DNA from: Candidatus Multivoradales bacterium
GTDB lineage: Bacteria > Acidobacteriota > Thermoanaerobaculia > Multivoradales > JAHEKO01
Direction: 5' to 3'
NCBI GenBank assembly: GCA_965223155.1
Contig: CBDCVR010000014.1
Location: 32,001-96,000 of the forward strand
Length of the DNA: 64,000 bases
Made by a program: the position numbers and the translations under genes. The first letter of the stretch is position 1, and every line of letters starts with the position of its first letter. Shown here piece by piece: positions 1-8,046 of this stretch. Below the pieces are notes generated by a model that searched no databases, had not been told where the DNA came from, and saw nothing but the letters and a program-made list of their open reading frames with translations.

Positions 1-400
1 GATCGGCCTCATCCTGATTCCGGATATACCTGCGAATCATCTCTTCGTCTAGCCCGACGGTGCTCACGCAGTAGCCCTTCGACCAGAAATGGGACCCCGT
101 AAAGTTGCGCTTCCGGCCAAGATACTCCCGGTGAATTCGAATCGCCGACTTCCCTTTGAGACGACCGATCGCTGTCGCCACACTATATTTCGGCGGGATG
201 CTCAGGCATAAATGCACGTGATCCCGCATCGCATGCCCTTCGATCAGCTCGATCTCAAATTGCTCGCAAAGCTCTCGCAGTATGCGGCCGATGTCTTTAC
301 GAAGCCTACCGAAGATTGCTTTCTGTCGATATTTCGGTACGATAACCACATGGTAACGGCAGCACCATTTCACGTGGCTTTGCCGGCGCCATTCTCTCAT
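1..400 (-). CDS. tnpA: IS200/IS605 HUH (Y1) transposase, 3' end off-window
   Basis: Manual translation from ATG at 400: MREWRRQSHVKWCCRYHVVIVPKYR...DHVHLCLSIPPKYSV...LKGKSA...FWSKGYCVSTVG...IRRYIRNQ. It has the HUH motif and the YxxxQ catalytic helix. Not in the ORF track. Confidence 0.95.
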   Translation of the reverse strand, partial: MREWRRQSHVKWCCRYHVVIVPKYRQKAIFGRLRKDIGRILRELCEQFEIELIEGHAMRDHVHLCLSIPPKYSVATAIGRLKGKSAIRIHREYLGRKRNFTGSHFWSKGYCVSTVGLDEEMIRRYIRNQDEAD

Positions 401-401
401 G

Positions 402-451
402 GTGGTTTCTCCTTTCGATGGCCTTGGCGGGTCCACCGAAGGAGAAACCAC
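402..451 (-). promoter_or_regulatory. Stem-loop covering the tnpA Shine-Dalgarno
   Basis: GTGGTTTCTCCTT (402-414) is the exact reverse complement of AAGGAGAAACCAC (439-451). The SD of tnpA lies inside the stem. Confidence 0.7.
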
Positions 452-518
452 ATCTGACGCCTACAATCAACGCCGGAACGGCAGAGCCTATGGGAGTCTC
501 ACCGCCAGAGGCGGTGGC

Positions 519-671
519 TTACCAGGGTCTAGTTACAACCACCTGCAACTCAATCTCAGCCTCTTCGACTACCAACTTGGGTTCCAAGACATCACCTTGC
601 ACCTGAGCCAAGGCCAGCTCGCGACGAAGCTCGGCGATCAAATCAGATAGGGGAATACGGGACTCAGCCAT
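519..671 (-). pseudogene. Trypco2 (trypsin-co-occurring domain 2)-like gene, 5' half, truncated by the IS
   Basis: MAESRIPLSDLIAELRRELALAQVQGDVLEPKLVVEEAEIELQVVVT(RPW*) fits the Trypco2 N-terminal pattern. The expected Gly-rich GGVKFWV-type half is missing and the stop lies in IS sequence. Confidence 0.7.
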
Positions 672-688
672 CGAGACGCCTTTCATCC

Positions 689-1015
689 TCAAATGACAAT
701 AACTCGTTCCGCCTCATCATGATCTGGGCGAACAATATGAATGCGCACCTTGCAGTTGAGACGGGCTAGAAAACGCATGAGACGCTCAACGCTATAATAC
801 GAAAACTTCCCGCTCTTGAGCCTCGACACTTCCGGTTGTTTAACGCCTAGGATTTTGGCCGCCTCCGTCTGAGTCATCTGCTGCTTTTCCAGAATACGGA
901 AGATTTCCGCGCCGAGTTCAGCTTTGAGTAGCTCTTCTTTGGCCTCCTCATCTGAGAAGCCTAAATCTTTAAAAATGTTGCTGGAGCCCTCTTCAATCAC
1001 TATGTTTTCATCCAT
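689..1015 (-). CDS. XRE-family HTH protein (HigA-like antitoxin type)
   Basis: GSSNIFKDLGF N-terminus and HTH MTQTEAAKILGVKQPEVSRLKSGK...SVERLMRFL. Confidence 0.85.
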   Translation of the reverse strand: MDENIVIEEGSSNIFKDLGFSDEEAKEELLKAELGAEIFRILEKQQMTQTEAAKILGVKQPEVSRLKSGKFSYYSVERLMRFLARLNCKVRIHIVRPDHDEAERVIVI

Positions 1016-1107
1016 ACTCAGTTCTCGTTCAGCGGGGTCGCACTATCCACCTACCCTTTGCTGGTTACTCGTCATGTCACCCGCATTGTAACACAACCCG
1101 CCATCCC

Positions 1108-1536
1108 TCACCCCTCGCGCCCGTAATCCCACGACACCACCCGATGCGGCGCGACCTCGATATACGCCGACCCAGGAGACGCCTCTTGCGACCGCTGATC
1201 CTCCGGCACGCCGCGCAGGCGCTCGGCCTCGCGCCGCAGCCGCAGCAGGTTCTCGGCGTCCGTATACACACGAGCGCGCCCCTGAATCATCACGCCTTTG
1301 ATGTCGCGCATCGTGCTGCCGCTCTCCAGCGCCAGACTCACCTGCGAATTGCGCTCGATATTTTTGACCTTCTGCGTCTCCGCCCGGCAGCCCAGGTAGA
1401 CGTTGTCCCCCAGGCGAAAATAGCCCAGCGGCACGCTGTGGGGAAAGCCGTCGCGGCCTATCGTAGAAAGCATGATCCAACCGGGTTTGCTGTCGAGAAA
1501 CTCGTGCACTTCCTGAGGCGTCATCTTGGCCGGCAT
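1108..1536 (-). CDS. Pyridoxamine 5'-phosphate oxidase-like protein (PPOX class, possibly F420-dependent)
   Basis: LSTIGRDGFPHSVPL, QKVKNIERNSQVSL, GVMIQGRA and SWD motifs. Confidence 0.85.
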   Translation of the reverse strand: MPAKMTPQEVHEFLDSKPGWIMLSTIGRDGFPHSVPLGYFRLGDNVYLGCRAETQKVKNIERNSQVSLALESGSTMRDIKGVMIQGRARVYTDAENLLRLRREAERLRGVPEDQRSQEASPGSAYIEVAPHRVVSWDYGREG

Positions 1537-1589
1537 GTGGCGTTGCTCCTCTGCTTCACAAGGTCTGCGCGTCGATTCAACTCGCCCTG

Positions 1590-1598
1590 ATTATAGCA
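1590..1598 (-). promoter_or_regulatory. Extended -10 promoter element for the PPOX gene
   Basis: TGCTATAAT on the minus strand, about 55 nt upstream of ATG 1536. Confidence 0.55.
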
Positions 1599-1705
1599 GA
1601 GCGGCGCGCGCCATCGGCGTGGTCCCAACTGGATTTTTCCCGGCAAACGCGCCATACTGAGACTCGCATCGAGACATATCTGATACATACGTACAGGAGA
1701 CGACA

Positions 1706-2803
1706 ATGGACGTGGGCATGATGATGATCTTCGCCAGCTACGGCTGGGACAATACGAGCGACGCGCAGGTGTGGGACGAAGAACTCAAGCTGGCCCGCAT
1801 CGCCGCGGACAGCGGCTTTGATGCGCTGTGGTCGGCTGAGCACCATTTCTTTGACTACTCCTTTTGCCCGGACAACCTGCAGCTCATGACCTATCTGGCC
1901 GGGCAGTTTTCCGATATCGATTTCGGCACCGCCGCAGTGATCCTGCCCTGGCACGACCCGCTGCGCGTCGCCGAGCAGGCCGCTATGCTCGACATGCTGT
2001 GCAAGGGCCGCCTGCGCTTCGGCATGGGCCGGGGCCTGGCGCGCCGCGAGTTCACCGCCTTTCGGGGCACCATGGACGAGTCCCGCGAGCGCTTTGACGA
2101 AGCCGCGCCGATGATCGTCAACGCCCTGCGCCATGGCTTTATCGAGGGCGACGGCAAATACTACCCGCAGCCCAAAATCGACATCCGGCCGCGGCCCCAG
2201 CACAGCTTTGACGGGCGCGTTTACGCTGTGGCGTCGAGCGAGGATTCCGTCCTCTCCGCCGCCCGCCTCGGAGCCCACATGGTGATGTTCTCGGATCGCC
2301 CCTGGCCCATGCGCCTGCCGGCCGTCGAGCGCTTTCGCGAGCTGTCCCGCACCTTTCACGGCGACCAAGCCGCGCCCTCGCTCATGATCACGGATTTTTG
2401 CCTGTGCGGCCCCTCCCTGGCCGAGACCGAGGCGCAGGCGCGGCGCTACATGGGCAAGTTCGTGGAGAGCAATTTTCATCACTACGAACTGCTCAGCGAC
2501 CACTTTTCGCAGGTCAAGGGCTACGACGCCTATGCGCAAAAGGCGGAGATCGCCAGGCAGAGCGGCCTCGACGGCGCGACGGAGGGGTTTATGAAGGCGG
2601 CCATCTGGGGCACGCCGGACCGCATTTTGCGCGCCTTGGAGGAACGGCGCGAGGTGCTCGGCGATTTCGAGCTAAACGTGGCCTGGCGCTTTGGCGGCAT
2701 TCCGTATGACGTGGCGGAGCGCGGCCTGCGGCTGTTCGCCAAAGAGGTGCTGCCGGTGCTGAAGAGCTGGACGGCGACCGGGGCGGCGCAGGCTGCCGAT
2801 TAA
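1706..2803 (+). CDS. LLM-class flavin-dependent oxidoreductase (luciferase-like)
   Basis: GFDALWSAEHHF, PWHDPLRVAEQAAMLD, GRLRFGMGRG and LFAKEVLP motifs; AGGAG SD. Confidence 0.92.
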   Translation: MDVGMMMIFASYGWDNTSDAQVWDEELKLARIAADSGFDALWSAEHHFFDYSFCPDNLQLMTYLAGQFSDIDFGTAAVILPWHDPLRVAEQAAMLDMLCKGRLRFGMGRGLARREFTAFRGTMDESRERFDEAAPMIVNALRHGFIEGDGKYYPQPKIDIRPRPQHSFDGRVYAVASSEDSVLSAARLGAHMVMFSDRPWPMRLPAVERFRELSRTFHGDQAAPSLMITDFCLCGPSLAETEAQARRYMGKFVESNFHHYELLSDHFSQVKGYDAYAQKAEIARQSGLDGATEGFMKAAIWGTPDRILRALEERREVLGDFELNVAWRFGGIPYDVAERGLRLFAKEVLPVLKSWTATGAAQAAD

Positions 2804-2922
2804 CGGGAGGACGGCGGATATGGAAGCTGGATGAGGTGATTTATAAGCGGCTGCACGAACCGGCTGCGCCACCGGGTGTCCCACTATCGAGCTTATGGGA
2901 ACACAACATACGGAGGACCGTT

Positions 2923-3485
2923 ATGTCAAAAGCGCAACCCACTCTGCAAACCGACCGTTTACTGTTGCGTCCACCGGCCACGGCGTTTTGCCCGACCTGC
3001 AACGCTTAATCGGCGCTTGGGAAATCGCGGACACGACGTTGAATATTCCGCATCCCTACGAAGACGGCATGGCGGAGGCGTGGTTCAAGGAGCAGGCCGA
3101 GCGTTATGAAAACGGCCAAGGCGCGCATTTTTGCATTTTTCGGCGGACCGATCAGACCCTGATGGGCGGCATTAGCCTGATCCTCGCTGCGCGTCATCAG
3201 CGCGCTGATCTCGGCTATTGGATCGGCGCGCCATTTTGGGGCCAGGGATACTGCACCGAGGCGGCCCGCGCCACCCTCGCCTACGGCTTCGAGGCGCTCG
3301 GCTTGAACCGTATTGAGGCCATGCACTTTACCCGCAATCCAGCTTCCGGACGGGTGATGCAAAAAATCGGCATGATCTACGAAGGCTGTCTGCGGCAACG
3401 CGTGCGCCGCTGGGAGCAGTTTGAAGATGTGGCGATGTACAGCATCTTAAACCAAGATTTTGTTGACGCACTGGAGACAAGATGA
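2923..3485 (+). pseudogene. RimJ/RimL-type GNAT N-acetyltransferase with a 1-nt deletion near 2985 (or a sequencing error)
   Basis: GGAGG then ATG 2923 gives MSKAQPTLQTDRLLLRP. The body (LGYWIG..WGQGYCTEAA, NPASGRVMQKIGM) is in a different frame. Confidence 0.8.
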
Positions 3486-3946
3486 CGACTTCAGACACGT
3501 GTTTGGCCTGCCGCCTCACGGCCGGCGACGAGCCGCTGCCAGGGGGACGCATCTGGGCCACAGACCACTGGGTGGTGGAGCACTGTATTGGGCCGCTCGG
3601 CGTGGGCGCGTTGATCGTCAAGCCCTTGCGGCACTGTCTGCACCTCGGCGACCTGACGCCGGACGAGGCGCAAGAACTCGGCCCACTGCTGCAACGCGTG
3701 GCGCATGTGGTCCAAGAGCTAGCGCAGGCCGACCAGGTCTACACCTGCCTGTGGTCGCACGCCAGTTGGCAGCCCGTGCACATTCACTTTGTCGTGCAGC
3801 CAGTGCGCCGCGAACTGCGGCAAACCTATCCCAAACAGGGGCCAGCTCTACAAGCGGCGATGTTTCAAGATGGACCACTTCCCGACCCCGAGGCGGTCGA
3901 GGCATTTTGTCGAGAGGCTCGGCAACGTCTCGGGCTCAAGCCTTAA
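3482..3946 (+). CDS. HIT-like family protein
   Basis: N-terminal CxxC, KPLRH..L.DL...E, and HIHF motif; ATGA overlap with the upstream gene. Confidence 0.7.
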   Translation: MTTSDTCLACRLTAGDEPLPGGRIWATDHWVVEHCIGPLGVGALIVKPLRHCLHLGDLTPDEAQELGPLLQRVAHVVQELAQADQVYTCLWSHASWQPVHIHFVVQPVRRELRQTYPKQGPALQAAMFQDGPLPDPEAVEAFCREARQRLGLKP

Positions 3947-5066
3947 AGCGGGGCCACAGACGCCCCGTACGCTGCATATAATCGCGGTAGGCCTCGCCAA
4001 AATGCGCCAGCATCATGCGCTCCTCCGGCTCGATACGCGTGTAGAATTGCGCCACGATCCCCACGCTGACCAGGCCAATAAGGCTGTTGGCCGCCACCAA
4101 GGCGGCGCACACATAAAAGCCGCTCAGAACCGCGTACATCGGATGCCGCACCCACTGATAGGCGCCGTGCGTCACCAACGTCTGATCTTGCCGCACTTGC
4201 AGCAGGCGGGACCAATTGGCCCCCAGGCTGCGATGCACCCAGACCAGTAGCAGCAAACTCGCCACCGCTCCGATGACGCCGAGCCAGCGCAGCGCCGCCG
4301 GCAGCGCCAGGGCGAAGTGCGCCATGCGGGGTTGATCAAAGCCATAGAGCAAAATGAAGACCCACATGGCCAGCAAGAGCAGCCGCAGCGCCACGAGGCC
4401 AGCGGGGCTTTCATACGAGCGCGGCGCCTCGGCGCTTCCTTCGTCACCTCCCCTGGTCCCCTCCCCAGCGCCTCCCCTGGCGCCCAATATCCCCTGCGTC
4501 GACTGCTTCGAGCTGAAATAGCGCCGAATTAGGTTCATCGCGATGTAGAGGACGAGAAAGCAGACAAAGAACGGGCTCTGATGATCAACTTGATCGGCGA
4601 GCGGCGGCAGGGCGCGCCACCACGGCAGCAATAGCAACAGGACGCCGATAATCCACAGGGGCGTGCCGCCGCTCGGGGCCAGCGCCAGCCAGGCCGATTG
4701 TTGCTGCAACTGCGCCTGGCGCAGCCGGTACGCCACATCGGCAAGCCCCACGGCCAGGCCGCACGGGATCAAAATCGAAATGCGGGCCAGGGTCGCGACC
4801 GTCAACACCGCCCCCCACAGCCACACTGGCAACAACACCAGTTGGCCGCCGTTGGCCTCGGCGAAGAGAAACAAGATTTTGTCGTCCTCCGCGCGGTATT
4901 GCCAAACGCGGAAGGCGAGATCGAGCAGCGTGAGAATGGCGCCGGCCGTGAGGGCTAACGCCGTGGTGTTGGGCTGCTCGCCGCCGCCCGCGACAAGAGC
5001 GGCGACAAACGCCGCCATGCCCGCGATGAACAGCCCGAATCGGTTAAAGAATTTCAAACGCATCAT
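3936..5066 (-). CDS. Isoprenylcysteine carboxylmethyltransferase-family membrane protein with a long N-terminal membrane extension
   Basis: LGANWS, LVTHGAYQWVRHPMY and EERMMLAHFGEAYRDY motifs. Confidence 0.8.
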   Translation of the reverse strand: MMRLKFFNRFGLFIAGMAAFVAALVAGGGEQPNTTALALTAGAILTLLDLAFRVWQYRAEDDKILFLFAEANGGQLVLLPVWLWGAVLTVATLARISILIPCGLAVGLADVAYRLRQAQLQQQSAWLALAPSGGTPLWIIGVLLLLLPWWRALPPLADQVDHQSPFFVCFLVLYIAMNLIRRYFSSKQSTQGILGARGGAGEGTRGGDEGSAEAPRSYESPAGLVALRLLLLAMWVFILLYGFDQPRMAHFALALPAALRWLGVIGAVASLLLLVWVHRSLGANWSRLLQVRQDQTLVTHGAYQWVRHPMYAVLSGFYVCAALVAANSLIGLVSVGIVAQFYTRIEPEERMMLAHFGEAYRDYMQRTGRLWPRFKA

Positions 5067-5148
5067 GCCTGCCTCCCGTCGCAGCCCGCCTGGTTATAAT
5101 GCGCTATAATAACTACTTTTTGGGATGGCGAATAGAAGGAATTTGCCT

Positions 5149-5307
5149 ATGGTTCGGGATATTGCCGTCTCACCGATCCGCCTCCAAGACATTGAGGCGA
5201 TGGAAGCGCACGGCGTACGCCGCGAAATTGTCGACGGCCAGTGGAGGCCCATGACTGAGGATCATATGGCGCGAATTCCGGCTGACAACAGCGGTGAACA
5301 AGGCTAA
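5149..5307 (+). pseudogene. Possible N-terminal remnant of a Uma2-family endonuclease
   Basis: DIEAMEAHGVRREIVDGQ resembles the Uma2 N-terminus; the ORF stops early. Confidence 0.3.
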
Positions 5308-5352
5308 AATGAGCTCTCGGCATCTTAATTTCACTGGGCGAGGACGACATCG

Positions 5353-6063
5353 GTGAGCGAGAACAAACAGCGGTTGTGGGCCTGGGATCTATCGGCGTAT
5401 GTCTACGGCTGGGCCTATAACCGGGTCGCCCACCAGATCGACGCCGATATGCTGGCCTATCTCGGCGCGCGCCTCACCGACGCCACCGTGGTGGATTGCG
5501 GCTGCGGTCCTGGCGTGGTGAGTGAAAAGCTCTTGCAAGCGGGAGCGGCGCGCCTGCTGGCCATCGATTCCAACGCCGCCATGATTGCGCAAACGCGCGC
5601 CCGACTGGCGACCGCCTGCGACGCGGGTCGAGCGATCACGCGCTGCATGTCGCACGAGGGCCAGGCGTTGCTGACGCTGCGCCAAGAGGCGTTGGGCGAT
5701 CAGGGCTTTGACATTATTCTATTCAAACGCAGCCTTTACATGCCGCGGCCGCGCGCTCTGGAAACCCTGCGCGCCGCCGCGGCCGCCTTGCAAAAAGGCG
5801 GCGTCATCGTGGTGATGCACCCCGAGCGCTCGCTGCGGCGCTATGTCTTCGCCCCACCCTTTGGCCTGACGCGCTATTCCGTGTTTCATCTGACCAACCG
5901 CTTGGTGTCCCGCGCCGCGGAATTTGTCGGCGCCGAGGAATACACGCTGTATTCACACGACGACTTGCTAGTGTTGATGCGCGAAGCCGCGCCCGGCGCC
6001 ATCGTGCGCACGATTCCAAGCCAACAACGCCCCTTCAACCTCGTGGCGCTGCACGGGTCATGA
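5353..6063 (+). CDS. Class I SAM-dependent methyltransferase
   Basis: VVDCGCGPG motif I, AIDS motif II, FDII; GAGGA SD before the GTG start. Confidence 0.85.
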   Translation: MSENKQRLWAWDLSAYVYGWAYNRVAHQIDADMLAYLGARLTDATVVDCGCGPGVVSEKLLQAGAARLLAIDSNAAMIAQTRARLATACDAGRAITRCMSHEGQALLTLRQEALGDQGFDIILFKRSLYMPRPRALETLRAAAAALQKGGVIVVMHPERSLRRYVFAPPFGLTRYSVFHLTNRLVSRAAEFVGAEEYTLYSHDDLLVLMREAAPGAIVRTIPSQQRPFNLVALHGS

Positions 6064-6087
6064 GCTGCATATTTGAATCGAGATCGC

Positions 6088-6975
6088 ATGCAAAAAATCA
6101 AACTTCTCTACAATCCCGCCTCAGGCGACACCGCTTTTCCAAGGCACTTAGACCAAGTCATCGCCATCTTTCAAGCTGCTGGCTATCAGGTCATGCCGTA
6201 TCGCAGCATGAATCCAGGCGATCTTGAACGAGGTCTATGGGATGTGGACAGCACGTATGCATTTTGTCTGGCCGCCGGTGGTGATGGCACTGTGCATCAA
6301 GTGATCAACGCCATGATGAAGCAGGAGATCGATTTGCCGCTCGGCATCTTGCCGACAGGCACCTACAATGAAGTCGCCCGCTATCTTCACATGCCCCTAG
6401 ATATCGAATCATGTTGCCGCGTCATTCTCCAACAAAATATTCGTCGCAGCGACATCGGAAAAGTAAATGACCATTACTTCATCAATGCAGCAGGTGGCGG
6501 CTTCTTTACGGATGTCTCACATAACATTGACATCAAATTTAAGAATTTACTAGGCAGATTGGCATATTATCTAAAAGGCATTGAACAACTGCCAGATTTG
6601 CGAAGTTTTAAATTGCGCTTTAGCTATGACCAGACTCAGTTTGAAGAAGAAGTCTTCCTGTTTCTCGTGCTCAACGGCAATTCCGTCGCCGGCATTGACA
6701 AGTGGTCGCGCCGGGCGTCTATCTGTGACGGACGCTTTGATGTGCTCGTGTTTCGCGTCTGCAGCCTGCCGCAAATGGCTAGCCTGTTTATCAAAATTTT
6801 GCGTGGAGAGCATTTACATGATCCGCATGTGATTTATTTTCAGACTGACAACCTGCATGTCTCATTACTTAATCGCGAATATTGCCCAACGGATATTGAC
6901 GGCGAGAAGAGTCCACCTTGTCCTTTACAGATTACGTTACTGCCGAAAAAAATTCGTTTATTTACTCGCCACTAG
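6088..6975 (+). CDS. Diacylglycerol/lipid kinase family protein (YegS/Rv2252/BmrU)
   Basis: YNPASG, AGGDGT, GILPTGT, YFINAAGGG and DIDGE motifs; visibly AT-richer than the flanks. Confidence 0.9.
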   Translation: MQKIKLLYNPASGDTAFPRHLDQVIAIFQAAGYQVMPYRSMNPGDLERGLWDVDSTYAFCLAAGGDGTVHQVINAMMKQEIDLPLGILPTGTYNEVARYLHMPLDIESCCRVILQQNIRRSDIGKVNDHYFINAAGGGFFTDVSHNIDIKFKNLLGRLAYYLKGIEQLPDLRSFKLRFSYDQTQFEEEVFLFLVLNGNSVAGIDKWSRRASICDGRFDVLVFRVCSLPQMASLFIKILRGEHLHDPHVIYFQTDNLHVSLLNREYCPTDIDGEKSPPCPLQITLLPKKIRLFTRH

Positions 6976-6985
6976 AAGAACAACG

Positions 6986-7984
6986 ATGCGGGTTTCCATC
7001 TTACTGCCGATGCGCAACGCCGCCGCCACGCTGCCGGCTTGCCTGCGCAGCATCCAGCGCCAAAGCGAGCCCAACTGGGAATGCGTCATCGTCGACGACG
7101 GCTCCCGAGACGATTCAGCCCATCTGGCTCGCGGCTTCGCGGCGCGCGATGCGCGCTTTCGCCTCATCGAGACGCCGCCTCGCGGCCTGGTCGAGGCGCT
7201 CAAGACCGGCCTGCGCCATTGCCATAGTCCGCTCATCGCCCGCATGGACGCCGACGACCTCATGCATCGCCACCGCCTGGCCCTACAAGCCCGCCTGCTC
7301 GACGCGCAGGCGCCGCTGGCCGCCGTGGGCTGCCACGTGCGCCTCTTTCCGCGCCAGCATTTACGCGATGGCCGCCTGGCCTACGAACGCTGGCTCAACC
7401 GCATCACCTCCGAGCGCCGCTTGCGCGAAGACGCCTTTGTCGAATGCCCGATCGCCCATCCCACGCTGATGATGCGTCGCGACGCGCTAAACGGCTTCGG
7501 CTACCGCGACTGCGGCTGGCCCGAGGATTACGACCTCATACTGCGCCTGCTCACCAGCGGCTGCCGCCTTGGCGTCGTCCCCAAGCGTTTGCTGAGTTGG
7601 CGCGATCATCCCACGCGGCTCTCCCGCACCAGCCCGACCTATAGCATCGCGCAGTTTACCGCCTGCAAGGCGGCATTTCTCGCCAGCTCGTTTCTCGCCG
7701 CAAGCGACACCTATACCCTGTGGGGCTACGGCGGCACCGGCAAAGCCCTGCGGCGCGCCTTGGCCAAGCATGGCAAACACCCGGCGTATATCGTGGAGTT
7801 GCACCCGCGCCGTTTGGGCAAGACAATACATAGCGCGCCAGTCATTCCGCCTGAAGCCCTGACGCAAACGCCCAGGCATCCGGTCGTCGTGTCAGTAGCG
7901 GGTGAGCAGGGGCGCGAGGAAATTCGAGCCGCCATGCAAAAGATGGGATTTCGGGAATTGCAGGATTTCGTCTGCGCCGCGTAG
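6986..7984 (+). CDS. Glycosyltransferase family 2 with a C-terminal Rossmann-like extension
   Basis: VSILLPMRNA, VDDGSRD, ARMDADD and EDYDL motifs; C-terminal WGYGGTGK. Confidence 0.9.
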   Translation: MRVSILLPMRNAAATLPACLRSIQRQSEPNWECVIVDDGSRDDSAHLARGFAARDARFRLIETPPRGLVEALKTGLRHCHSPLIARMDADDLMHRHRLALQARLLDAQAPLAAVGCHVRLFPRQHLRDGRLAYERWLNRITSERRLREDAFVECPIAHPTLMMRRDALNGFGYRDCGWPEDYDLILRLLTSGCRLGVVPKRLLSWRDHPTRLSRTSPTYSIAQFTACKAAFLASSFLAASDTYTLWGYGGTGKALRRALAKHGKHPAYIVELHPRRLGKTIHSAPVIPPEALTQTPRHPVVVSVAGEQGREEIRAAMQKMGFRELQDFVCAA

Positions 7985-7992
7985 GGGGAAAT

Positions 7993-8029
7993 GGCGCGTC
8001 CCCTCTGCGTAAAGCAGAGAAGACACGCC
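7993..8029. terminator. Hairpin between convergent genes
   Basis: GGCGCGTC/GACACGCC outer stem and CTCTGC/GCAGAG inner stem. Confidence 0.5.
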
Positions 8030-8046
8030 TCAGCACAATTTAACGC

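Larger units (their letters stand above)
1..535 (-). mobile_element. IS200/IS605-family insertion sequence (left end plus tnpA; continues off the window)
   Basis: Y1 transposase ORF and a subterminal hairpin CACCGCC-aga-GGCGGTG at 500-516. The neighbouring host ORF loses its family pattern at about 530-535. Exact end is approximate. Confidence 0.85.

Noticed and set aside
212-650. Plus-strand ORFs 212-457, 399-650 and 418-606
   Set aside because: They are antisense to tnpA, the IS end and the Trypco2 fragment, which explain the sequence better.
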